Source: a virus (taxonomy: Duplodnaviria; Heunggongvirae; Uroviricota; Caudoviricetes). Taken from it: a stretch of 28,120 nt of DNA. The stretch lies in IMG/VR virus record IMGVR_UViG_2690316278_000016. One strand, given 5' to 3'. Position 1 is the first letter of the stretch, and each line of letters starts with the position of its first letter. The notes beneath the pieces are model-generated. The model ran no database searches and was not told the origin of the DNA. It saw only the letters and a program-made list of their open reading frames with translations. The translations under genes and the position numbers were made by a program. Shown one piece after another: positions 17,899 through 27,594 of the stretch.

Positions 17899-18343
17899 GT
17901 TTAAGCGTTTTGAAGACAGGCTGACCGGACTTATTGAGTCGCTGTCACCGTCAGGGCGTCGGCGACTGAGCGCCGAACTGGCGAAACGTCTGCGTCAGAG
18001 TCAGCAGCGTCGGGTGATGGCACAGAAAGCCCCGGACGGCACACCCTACGCACCACGCCAGCAGCAGAGCGCCAGAAAAAAGACCGGTCGCGTTAAGCGA
18101 AAAATGTTTGCGAAACTTATCACCAGTCGTTTTTTGCATATCCGCGCCAGCCCTGAACAGGCATCAATGGAGTTTTACGGCGGGAAGTCACCGAAAATAG
18201 CCAGTGTGCATCAGTTCGGTCTGTCGGAAGAAACCCGGAAAGACGGTAAGAAAATTCATTATCCGGCGCGTCCCCTGCTCGGCTTTACCGGTGAGGATGT
18301 GCAGATGATTGAAGAGATTATCCTGGCTCACCTCGACCGTTAG
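17891..18343 (+). CDS. S: Tail completion protein S-like
   Basis: 150-aa ORF, size and position match P2 S. Confidence 0.8.
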   Translation: MNEFKRFEDRLTGLIESLSPSGRRRLSAELAKRLRQSQQRRVMAQKAPDGTPYAPRQQQSARKKTGRVKRKMFAKLITSRFLHIRASPEQASMEFYGGKSPKIASVHQFGLSEETRKDGKKIHYPARPLLGFTGEDVQMIEEIILAHLDR

Positions 18344-18409
18344 TTGTGCCATTCCTGACACCTCATCGTCACATTGCCGCCGGTATGACCCGGCGGCATC
18401 CTTCCCGTT

Positions 18410-19236
18410 ATGAACACTCTCGCAAATATTCAGGAACTCGCGCGCGCACTGCGCAACATGATCCGCACCGGCATTAAGGTCGGTTTCGACGATAATGCCG
18501 GTNNNNNNNNNNNNNNNNNNNNNNNNNNNNNNNNNNNNNNNNNNNNNNNNNNNNNNNNNNNNNNNNNNNNNNNNNNNNNNNNNNNNNNNNNNNNNNNNNN
18601 NNNNNNNNNNNNNNNNNNNNNNNNNNNNNNNNNNNNNNNNNNNNNNACACGGCAGCGACCGGCATTATCGTCGAAACCGACCTTAATGCCGGTCGCTGCC
18701 GTGTGCAGACCGGCGGCATGTGCACCGACTGGCTTCAGTGGCTGACCCATCGCGCCGGACGTTCGCGCACATGGTGGGCACCTTCCGTGGGGGAACAGGT
18801 GCTGATTCTGGCCGTAGGCGGTGAACTCGACACGGCGTTCGTTCTGCCGGGGATTTATTCCGGTGATAACCCCGCGCCGTCTGCGTCGGCGGATGCCCTG
18901 CATATCCGTTTCCCTGACGGGGCGGTGATTGAGTATGAACCTGAAACCAGTGCACTCACGGTAAGCGGAATTAAAACGGCCAGCGTGACGGCTTCTGATT
19001 CTGTTACTGCCACGGTGCCGGTGGTCACGGTGAAAGCATCAACCCGCGTCACTCTGGACACGCCGGAGGTGGTCTGCACAAACAAGCTGATCACTGGCAC
19101 GCTGGAAGTGCAGAAGGGCGGGACGATGCGCGGCAACATTGAACACACCGGCGGTGAACTCTCATCAAACGGGAAGGTACTGCATACCCATAAACACCCC
19201 GGCGACAGCGGCGGCACAACCGGGAGTCCTCTATGA
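18410..19236 (+). CDS. V: Baseplate spike/assembly protein V-like, interrupted by a 144-nt N-gap with inverted-duplicate flanks
   Basis: N-terminus MNTLANIQELARALRNMIRTGI before the gap, then ...GIIVETDLNAGRCRVQTGGMCTDWLQWL... to stop at 19236; true length probably about 211 aa once the gap/duplication is removed. Confidence 0.75.
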
Positions 19237-19580
19237 CAGCGCGTTATCTCGGAATGAATCGCAGTGATGGCCTGACTGTCTCTGACCTTGAGCATATCAG
19301 CCAGAGTATCGGCGATATCCTGCGCACGCCGGTCGGCTCACGGGTGATGCGTCGTGATTACGGCTCGTTGCTGGCGTCAATGATTGACCAGCCGCAGACC
19401 CCGGCGCTTGAGTTGCAGATTAAGGTCGCCTGTTACATGGCCGTGCTGAAATGGGAAGCCCGCGTCACCCTGTCATCCGTCACCACGGCGCGCAGCTTTG
19501 ACGGGCGAATGACGGTCACGTTAACCGGCCAGCACAACGACACCGGCCAGCCACTTTCGTTAACCATCCCTGTGAGTTGA
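19233..19580 (+). CDS. W: Baseplate protein W-like (lysozyme-like gp25 family)
   Basis: 115-aa ORF overlapping the V stop. Confidence 0.8.
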   Translation: MTARYLGMNRSDGLTVSDLEHISQSIGDILRTPVGSRVMRRDYGSLLASMIDQPQTPALELQIKVACYMAVLKWEARVTLSSVTTARSFDGRMTVTLTGQHNDTGQPLSLTIPVS

Positions 19581-19584
19581 AACC

Positions 19585-20493
19585 ATGCCGATTATCGACC
19601 TGAACCAGCTACCCGCACCGGATGTGGTCGAGGAGCTGGACTTTGAAACCATTCTTGCCGAACGCAAGGCGACACTGATTTCCCTTTACCCGGAAGACCA
19701 GCAGGAGGCGGTCGCCCGTACCCTGACGCTGGAATCCGAGCCTCTCGTCAAACTGCTGGAGGAAAATGCTTATCGTGAGCTTATCTGGCGTCAGCGTGTG
19801 AATGAGGCCGCACGGGCGGTAATGCTGGCCTGTGCCGCCGGTAATGACCTTGATGTGATTGGTGCCAATTACAACACCACGCGCCTGATTATCACCCCGG
19901 CAGATGATTCGACCCTCCCGCCGACACCGGCAGTGATGGAATCTGACACGGATTATCGTCTGCGTATTCAGCAGGCGTTTGAAGGTTTAAGCGTCGCCGG
20001 GTCGGTGGGGGCCTATCAGTATCATGGTCGCAGTGCCGACGGGCGTGTCGCGGATATTTCTGTAACCAGTCCGTCTCCGGCCTGCGTCACCATCTCTGTG
20101 CTGTCACGTGAAAATAACGGTGTCGCATCCGAAGACCTGCTGGCGGTGGTGCGTAACGCCCTTAATGGTGAGGACGTCAGGCCGGTGGCCGACCGCGTGA
20201 CCGTGCAGTCTGCCGCCATCGTTGAATACCAGATAAACGCCACGCTTTACCTTTACCCTGGTCCCGAAAGCGAACCCATACGCGCTGCTGCCGTGAAAAA
20301 ACTGGAAGCGTACATCACGGCACAGCACCGGCTGGGGCGCGACATCCGTCTGTCTGCCATTTATGCCGCTTTGCATGTGGAAGGCGTGCAGCGTGTCGAA
20401 CTGACTGCACCGCTGGCCGACATCGTGCTCAACAGTACGCAGGCGTCTTTCTGTACCGAATACCGCGTCGTGACCGGAGGCTCGGATGAGTGA
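19585..20493 (+). CDS. J: Baseplate protein J-like
   Basis: 302-aa ORF, size and position match P2 J. Confidence 0.85.
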   Translation: MPIIDLNQLPAPDVVEELDFETILAERKATLISLYPEDQQEAVARTLTLESEPLVKLLEENAYRELIWRQRVNEAARAVMLACAAGNDLDVIGANYNTTRLIITPADDSTLPPTPAVMESDTDYRLRIQQAFEGLSVAGSVGAYQYHGRSADGRVADISVTSPSPACVTISVLSRENNGVASEDLLAVVRNALNGEDVRPVADRVTVQSAAIVEYQINATLYLYPGPESEPIRAAAVKKLEAYITAQHRLGRDIRLSAIYAALHVEGVQRVELTAPLADIVLNSTQASFCTEYRVVTGGSDE

Positions 20494-21016
20494 TTCGCGA
20501 CTGCTGCCGACCGGCTCATCACCGCTTGAAGTTGCCGCCGCAAAAGCCTGTGCGGAAATTGAAAAAACGCCGGTCAGGATTCGTGAACTGTGGAACCCGG
20601 ATACCTGTCCGGCAAATCTGCTGCCGTGGCTGGCGTGGGCGTTTTCGGTCGACAGGTGGGATGAAAAGTGGCCGGAAGCGACAAAACGCGCCGTTATCCG
20701 CGATGCCTATTTCATCCACTGTCATAAAGGCACTATCGGCGCAATCCGGCGTGTGGTGGAGCCGCTCGGCTATCTCATCAACGTGACGGAGTGGTGGGAA
20801 AACAGTGACCCGCCCGGCACCTTCCGGCTTGATATTGGTGTACTGGAAAGCGGCATCACAGAGGCAATGTATCAGGAAATGGAACGGCTTATTGCTGATG
20901 CCAAACCTGCAAGCCGTCATCTTATTGGCCTGAACATTACCCGGGACATTCCCGGCTACCTGTTCGCCGGTGGTGTGGCTTACGACGGCGATGTAATTAC
21001 GGTTTACCCCGGATAA
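20486..21016 (+). CDS. I: Tail/baseplate protein I-like
   Basis: 176-aa ORF overlapping the J stop; ends ...AYDGDVITVYPG. Confidence 0.8.
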   Translation: MSDSRLLPTGSSPLEVAAAKACAEIEKTPVRIRELWNPDTCPANLLPWLAWAFSVDRWDEKWPEATKRAVIRDAYFIHCHKGTIGAIRRVVEPLGYLINVTEWWENSDPPGTFRLDIGVLESGITEAMYQEMERLIADAKPASRHLIGLNITRDIPGYLFAGGVAYDGDVITVYPG

Positions 21017-21026
21017 GTGAGGAATA

Positions 21027-21846
21027 ATGAGCACAAAATTCAGAACCGTTATCACCACTGCCGGTGCAGCAAAGCTGGCAGCGGCAACCGCACCGGGAGG
21101 GCGGAAGGTCAACATTACCACGATGGCCGTCGGGGATGGCGGTGGTAAATTGCCTGTCCCGGATGCCGGACAGACCGGGCTTATCCACGAAGTCTGGCGA
21201 CATACGCTGAACAAAATCAGCCAGGACAAACGAAACAGTAATTATATTATCGCAGAGCTGGTTATTCCGCCGGAGGTGGGCGGTTTCTGGATGCGTGAGC
21301 TTGGCCTGTACGATGATGCGGGAACGTTAATTGCCGTGGCGAACATGGCCGAAAGTTATAAGCCAGCTCTTGCCGAAGGCTCAGGGCGTTCGCAGACCTG
21401 TCGCATGGTCATCATCGTCAGCAGTGTGGCCTCGGTGGAGCTGACCATTGACACCACAACGGTGATGGCGACACAGGATTACGTTGATGACAAAATTGCA
21501 GAGCACGAACAGTCACGACGTCACCCGGACGCCTCGCTGACCGCAAAAGGTTTTACTCAGTTAAGCAGTGCGACCAACAGCACGTCTGAAACACTGGCCG
21601 CAACGCCGAAAGCGGTAAAGGCCGCCTATGACCTTGCTAACGGGAAATACACTGCACAGGACGCCACTACAGCGCGAAAAGGTCTTGTCCAGCTCAGTAG
21701 TGCCACCAACAGCACGTCTGAAACGCTTGCGGCAACGCCAAAGGCGGTTAAGACAGCGTATGACCTTGCTAACGGGAAATACACTGCACAGGACGCCACT
21801 ACAGCGCGAAAAGGTCTTGTCCAGCTAAGTAGTGCCATCAACAGCG
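21027..21846 (+). CDS. H: Tail fibre protein, 5' portion (copy 1) including phage-fibre tandem repeats; truncated at an ambiguous base
   Basis: N-terminus MSTKFRTVITTAGAAKLAAATAPGG...MAVGDGGG; repeat units ...QLSSATNSTSETLAATPKAVK...; ORF then runs into a gene-I-like 3' end after the n at 21847. Confidence 0.7.
21545..21846 (+). repeat. In-frame 132-bp (44-aa) tandem repeat, about 2.3 copies, phage tail-fibre repeat
   Basis: Unit starts at 21545, 21677 and 21809 are near-identical at DNA level; further partial copies at 22914-22993 and 23092-23218 across N-gaps. Confidence 0.8.
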
Positions 21847-21847
21847 N

Positions 21848-21893
21848 AGCAACTTACGACGGTGAAGTCATTACCATTTATCCGGACGATTAA
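21848..21893 (+). other. Remnant 3' end of a second gene-I-like ORF fused after the ambiguous base
   Basis: Encodes ATYDGEVITIYPDD-stop, paralogous to the end of gene I (AYDGDVITVYPG-stop), followed 2 nt later by a second tail-fibre start. Confidence 0.5.
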
Positions 21894-21895
21894 GC

Positions 21896-22764
21896 ATGAG
21901 TACCACAACACGAAAATTTAAAACCATTATCACCGATACGGGTGCAAAAAAATTAGCGCAGGCAACCGCGCCAGATGGGAAACCTGTCCGCCTGACACAT
22001 ATGGCCGTGGGTGACGGCGGCGGTACTTTACCCACGCCAGACAGTAAGCAGACCCGTCTTGTGCATGAGGTGTGGCGACATACCGTTAATCGCGTCACCC
22101 TGGACGCAACACATCAGAACCACATTATTGCGGAGCTGGTTATTCCTCCTGAAACGGGCGGATTCTGGATCCGGGAAATTGGTGTGTTTGATGAGCACGG
22201 CGATTTGATCGCGGTAGGCAATACTGCCGAAAGTTACAAGCCAACCGTTGCCGAAGGATCCGGACGTGCACAAACATTTCGCACCATTCTGACCGTATCC
22301 AGCACTGCCACTGTGGCGCTTACCGTGGATAACACCATGGTGATGGCCACAGTGAATTACGTGGATGACAAACTGAAAGAGCATGAACAGTCACGACGTC
22401 ACCCGGACGCCTCGCTGACCGCAAAAGGCCTTGTCCAGCTCAGCAACGCCACCAACAGCACGTCTGAAACGCTGGCAGCGACACCAAAAGCCGTTAAGGC
22501 AGTAATGGATGAAACGAACAAGAAAGCCCCATTAAACAGCCCGGCACTGACCGGAACGCCAACAACACCAACTGCGCGACAGGGAACGAATAATACCCAA
22601 ATCGCAAGCACGGCTTTCGTTATGGCTGCGATTGCCGCACTTGTAGACTCTTCGCCTGATGCACTGAACACACTGAACGAGCTGGCGGCGGCGCTGGGCA
22701 ACGACCCGAATTTTGCGACCACCATGACTAACGCGCTTGCGGGTAAGCAACCGAAAGATGCCAC
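21896..22764 (+). CDS. Tail fibre protein, 5' portion (copy 2, diverged paralogue of copy 1), truncated at an N-gap
   Basis: N-terminus MSTTTRKFKTIITDTGAKKLAQATAPDGKPVRLTHMAVGDGGG..., colinear with but clearly diverged from copy 1; same SRRHPDASLTAKGLVQLS repeat entry. Confidence 0.65.
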
Positions 22765-22775
22765 NNNNNNNNNNN

Positions 22776-25161
22776 TTCGCAGACCTGTCGCATGGTCATC
22801 ATCGTCAGCAGTGTGGCCTCGGTGGAGCTGACCATTGACACCACAACGGTGATGGCGACACAGGATTACGTTGATGACAAAATTGCAGAGCACGAACAGT
22901 CACGACGTCACCCGGACGCCTCGCTGACCGCAAAAGGCCTTGTCCAGCTCAGTAGTGCCACCAACAGCACGTCTGAAACGCTTGCGGCAACGCNNNNNNN
23001 NNNNNNNNNNNNNNNNNNNNNNNNNNNNNNNNNNNNNNNNNNNNNNNNNNNNNNNNNNNNNNNNNNNNNNNNNNNNNNNNNNNNNNNNNNNACCAACAGC
23101 ACGTCTGAAACACTGGCCGCAACGCCGAAAGCGGTAAAGGCCGCCTATGACCTTGCTAACGGGAAATACACTGCACAGGACGCCACTACAGCGCGAAAAG
23201 GTCTTGTCCAGCTCAGTANNNNNNNNNNNNNNNNNNNNNNNNNNNNNNNNNNNNNNNNNNNNNNNNNNNNNNNNNNNNNNNNNNNNNNNNNNNNNNNNNN
23301 NNNNNNNNNNNNNNNNNNNNNNNNNNNNNNNNNNNNNNNNNNNNNNNNNNNNNNNNNNNNNNNNNNNNNNNNNNNNNNNNNNNNNNNNNNNNNNNNNNNN
23401 NNNNNNNNNNNNNNNNNNNNNNNNNNNNNNNNNNNNNNNNNNNNNNNNNNNNNNNNNNNNNNNNNNNNNNNNNNNNNNNNNNNNNNNNNNNNNNNNNNNN
23501 NNNNNNNTGCCACTCTGACGGCGCTGGCGGGGCTTGCTACTGCGGCAGACAGGTTTCCGTATTTTACGGGGAATGATGTCGCCAGCCTGGCAACCCTGAC
23601 AAAAGTCGGGCGGGATATTCTTGCGAAATCGACCGTTGCCGCCGTTATCGAATACCTCGGTTTACAGGAAACGGTAAATCAGGCTTCTGGCGCATTACAG
23701 AAAAACCAGAACGGCGCAGATATTCCGGGGAAAGATACCTTCACCAAAAATATTGGTGCCTGCCGCGCATATAGCTCATGGCTGAATATTGGTGGCGATA
23801 GTCAGGTCTGGACAACCGCGCAATTTATTTCGTGGCTGGAGAGTCAGGGAGCATTTAACCATCCTTACTGGATGTGCAAAGGCTCATGGGCTTATGCAAA
23901 TAATAAGGTCATTACAGATACAGGTTGCGGAAATATTTGTCTTGCAGGTGCTGTGGTGGAAGTTATTGGCACTCGCGGCGCAATGACCATACGCGTTACC
24001 ACGCCGAGCACGTCCAGCGNNNNNNNNNNNAACGACCCGAATTTTGCGACCACCATGACTAACGCGCTTGCGGGTAAGCAACCGAAAGATGCCACCCTGA
24101 CGGCGCTGGCCGGACTTACTACTGCGGCAGGCAAGTTTCCGTATTTTACGGGGAATGATGTCGCCAGCCTGGCAACCCTGACAAAAGTCGGGCGGGATAT
24201 TCTTGCGAAATCGACCGTTGCTGCCGTTATCGAATACCTCGGTTTACGAGAACTCGGCACAAGCGGGGAGAAAATACCGTTACTCAGTACAGCGAATACC
24301 TGGACTAATCGACAAACATTCAGCGGTGGCCTTTCTGGTGAACTATCCGGCAATGCTTCTACAGCTGCAAAATTAAAAACTGCCAGGAAAATAAGCAATG
24401 TGGCTTTTGATGGTTCCTCCGATATCACATTAAAAGCAAGTCATGTTGGTGCGTTTGCCTTAGGGAAAACAGGAAGCACCGTTGCGAATGATAAAGCAGT
24501 TGGATGGAACTGGAGTAGCGGAGCCTATAACGCAACTATTAGTGGTGCATCAACGTTAATTATTCATTTTTATATGGGAGAAGGAAGTTGTCCTGCAGCT
24601 CAGTTTCGGATTAATTATAAAAATGGCGGTATTTTTTATCGTTCAGCCCGTGATGGTTATGGTTTTGAAGCCGACTGGTCCGAATTTTACACCACCAGAA
24701 AACCTTCAGCAGGAGATGTTGGTGCACTGCCGTTATCTGGTGGTCAACTGAATGGTGCACTGGGTATCGGAACATCCAGTGCTCTTGGCGGTAATTCGAT
24801 TGTATTGGGTGATAATGACACGGGCTTTAAACAAAAAGGCGATGGTAATCTGGATGTTTATGCTAATAACGTCCATGTTATGCGCTTTGTCTCCGGAAGC
24901 ATTCAAAGTAATAAAACCATAAATATTACGGGACGTGTTAATCCCTCGGATTACGGTAACTTTGATTCCCGCTATGTGAGAGATGTCAGACTTGGCACAC
25001 GAGTTGTTTAGACCATGAAGAAAGGCGTGATGTATGAAAAATCAGGCCATGTAATCACGGGGCTTGGTATTATCGGTGAAGTCGATGGTGATGATCCGGC
25101 AGTATTCAGACCAATACAAAAGTTAATTAACGGAACATGGTATAACGTATCGCAGGTATAA
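22776..25161 (+). pseudogene. H: Tail fibre mosaic: repeated blocks and two alternative C-terminal regions joined through four N-gaps; in-frame TAG at 25009-25011
   Basis: 22776-22940 duplicates 21393-21557; 23508-23660 and 24110-24250 are near-duplicates; C-terminal region ends ...RLGTRVV-TAG-TMKKGVMYEK...[17 protein letters not shown]-stop, same frame either side of the TAG. Confidence 0.55.
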
Positions 25162-25163
25162 TC

Positions 25164-25442
25164 ATGCAGCATTTAAAAAACATTGTCGCAGGTAATCCAA
25201 AAACCGTTGAACAATACCAGCTAACAAAGAATTTTGATGTTATCTGGTTATGGTCCGAAGATGGAAAAAATTGGCATGAGGAATTAAAAAACTTTCAGGA
25301 GGATACAATAAAACTGGCTTACACAGTTGAGGGAATAATTATTGCTATAGACAAGGATGTATCAGCAATTAATCCAGAAGGTTTAAGTGTCGTTGAGTTG
25401 CCTGATATTACAGCAAATCGCCGGGCTGATATTTCGGGCAAC
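25164..25442 (+). pseudogene. G: Tail fibre assembly protein (tfa, P2 gpG-like), 5' half only, truncated by IS3-family element
   Basis: N-terminus [22 protein letters not shown]...[13 protein letters not shown] is colinear with the two intact tfa paralogues downstream, then switches to transposase sequence after the n at 25444. Confidence 0.7.
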
Positions 25443-26582
25443 TNTGAAAATCAACTTTCGATCAGTGAAGGCGCTTCCCGATTATCTCTTCCTGAAGGCA
25501 CTTTAGGACAATGGGTTACCGCCGCCAGAAAAGGGCTCGGTACTCCTGGTTCCCGCACGGTGGCTGAACTGGAATCTGAAATTCTGCAACTGCGTAAGGC
25601 GTTAAATGAAGCTCGCCTTGAGCGAGATATATTAAAAAAAGCAACAGCGTATTTTGCACAGGAGTCGCTGAAAAATACGCGTTAATCGAACAATGGCGAC
25701 AACAATTTCCCATTGAAGCGATGTGTCAGGTATTTGGTGTATCCAGGAGCGGTTATTACAACTGGGTACAGCATGAACCCTCAGACAGAAAACAAAGTGA
25801 TGAGCGGCTAAAACTGGAGATTAAGGTGGCACATATCCGCACTCGCGAAACATATGGAACCCGGCGGCTCCAGACGGAGCTGGCAGAGAATGGCATCATC
25901 GTTGGTCGTGACCGACTGGCACGTCTTCGTAAGGAGCTAAGGCTACGCTGTAAGCAGAAACGCAAGTTCAGAGCGACTACGAACTCGAACCACAATCTGC
26001 CAGTTGCGCCAAATCTGCTGAACCAGACGTTCGCTCCTACAGCACCAAATCAGGTCTGGGTGGCGGACCTGACGTATGTTGCCACACAGGAGGGATGGTT
26101 GTACCTCGCTGGCATCAAAGATGTTTATACGTGCGAAATTGTCGGCTACGCCATGGGAGAGCGCATGACAAAAGAGCTGACAGGTAAAGCCCTGTTTATG
26201 GCGCTCAGGAGCCAGCGCCCACCTGCCGGGCTAATCCACCACTCTGATCGAGGTTCACAGTACTGCGCATACGATTACCGGGTCATACAGGAGCAGTCTG
26301 GTCTGAAAACATCAATGTCGCGTAAAGGTAACTGTTACGACAACGCTCCGATGGAAAGCTTCTGGGGAACGCTGAAAAATGAGAGCCTGAGCCACTATCG
26401 TTTTAATAACCGGGATGAAGCCATCTCAGTAATACGGGAATACATTGAGATTTTCTACAATCGTCAGCGTCGTCACTCTCGTCTGGGGAATATCTCCCCG
26501 GCAGCCTTCAGGGAAAAATATCATCAGATGGCTGCTTAAAAAAAGAACAAATGGTAGTGTCCGCTATTGCCAGTACACCTCA
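25443..26582 (+). mobile_element. IS3-family insertion sequence, apparently 5'-truncated (orfA lacks its first ~20-25 codons and no left inverted repeat or UTR is present)
   Basis: orfA-like frame to stop at 25683-25685 (…WVTAARKG…ILKKATAYFAQESL), A7 slippery run at 25634-25640, orfB in the -1 frame to 26539 with DDE/rve-like residues (WVADLTYV, HSDRGSQY, YDNAPMESFW); boundaries approximate. Confidence 0.75.
25634..25640 (+). promoter_or_regulatory. Programmed -1 ribosomal frameshift site (A AAA AAA) for the OrfAB transposase fusion
   Basis: Heptamer lies in the orfA frame just before the orfA stop; the -1 frame is open from here into orfB. Confidence 0.55.
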
Positions 26583-26849
26583 GAGTTTTACACCACAACC
26601 CGCAAACCCTCTGCGGGAGATGTTGGTGCATATACGCAGGCAGAATGTAACTCAAGGTTTATTACAGGTATTCGCCTTGGTGGTCTGTTATCTGTTCAGA
26701 CATGGAATGGTCCCGGATGGTCTGACAGGTCAGGTTATGTTGTTACCGGTTCCGTTAACTCAAACAGAGATGAACTAATTGATACAACTCAGGCAAGGCC
26801 AATTCAGTATTGCATTAATGGGACGTGGTATAACGCGGGGAGTATTTAA
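26583..26849 (+). pseudogene. 3' remnant of an alternative tail-fibre C-terminal (receptor-binding) domain, detached from its 5' part by the IS
   Basis: Encodes EFYTTTRKPSAGDVGA...[17 protein letters not shown]-stop, paralogous to the H C-terminus (EFYTTRKPSAGDVGA...[17 protein letters not shown]); immediately followed by a tfa gene. Confidence 0.65.
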
Positions 26850-26851
26850 CG

Positions 26852-27564
26852 ATGATGCACTTAAAAAACATTTCTGCTGGTAATCCTGAAACAAAAGAGC
26901 AATACCAGCTAACGAAACAATTTAACATCAAATGGCTTTATACAGAGGATGGGAAAAACTGGTATGAGGAACAAAAGAACTTTCAGCCTGATACGTTGAA
27001 AATGGTCTATGACCACAACGGCGTTATTATTTGTATTGAAAAGGATGTTTCAGCAATTAATCCGGAAGGCGCAAGCGTCGTTGAGGTTCCTGATATTACA
27101 GCAAATCGCCGGGCTGATATTTCAGGTAAATGGATGTTCAAAGATGGCGTAGTGATAAAGCGAACTTATACCGGGGAAGAGCAGAGGCAACAAGCGGAAA
27201 ATGAAAAGCAAAGCCTGCTACAGCTNNNNNNNNNNNNNNNNNNNNNNNNNNNNNNNNNNNNNNNNNNNNNNNNNNNNNNNNNNNNNNNNNNNNNNNNNNN
27301 NNNNNNNNNNNNNNNNNNNNNNNNNNNNNNNNNNNNNNNNNNNNNNATACCGGGGAAGAGCAGAGGCAACAAGCGGAAAATGAAAAGCAAAGCCTGCTAC
27401 AGCTCGTCAGGGATAAAACCCAGCTATGGGACTCACAGCTACGGCTGGGCATTATTTCCGACGAGAATAAACAAAAATTAACCGAGTGGATGCTCTATGC
27501 GCAGAAGGTCGAATCCACAGACACCTCCAGCCTGCCAGTAACGTTTCCCGAACAACCAGAATGA
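26852..27564 (+). CDS. Tail fibre assembly protein (tfa paralogue 2), containing an N-gap with duplicated flanks
   Basis: N-terminus [22 protein letters not shown]...[20 protein letters not shown]; gap at 27226-27346 is flanked by an identical ~59-bp sequence on both sides. Confidence 0.75.
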
Positions 27565-27567
27565 AAC

Positions 27568-27594
27568 AAGGCCCGATATCGGGCCTTAATTTTT
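27568..27594. terminator. Palindromic hairpin with T-run between convergent tfa genes (bidirectional terminator)
   Basis: AAGGCCCGATATCGGGCCTT perfect palindrome at 27568-27587 followed by AATTTTT. Confidence 0.6.

Noticed and set aside
18430-18955. ORFs spanning the gene V N-gap (18430-18903, 18474-18725, 18495-18686, 18683-18955)
   Set aside because: Mostly translated Ns; artefacts of the gap and the inverted duplication.
21545-23218. Considered whether the regularly spaced repeats could be a CRISPR array
   Set aside because: Repeat unit is 132 bp, in-frame inside a tail-fibre ORF, with no unique spacers between units and no cas genes; it is a coding protein repeat.
21626-23518. Short ORFs on both strands through the fibre repeat and N-gap region (21626-21841, 21628-21828, 22908-23102, 22940-23137, 23145-23513, 23147-23518) with internally repeated peptide sequence
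   Set aside because: They are alternate-frame or antisense readings of the 132-bp tandem repeats and of N-runs, not independent genes.
27138-27452. ORFs 27138-27452 (-), 27166-27390 (-), 27201-27383 (+) consisting largely of X residues
   Set aside because: Translations of the 121-nt N-gap.
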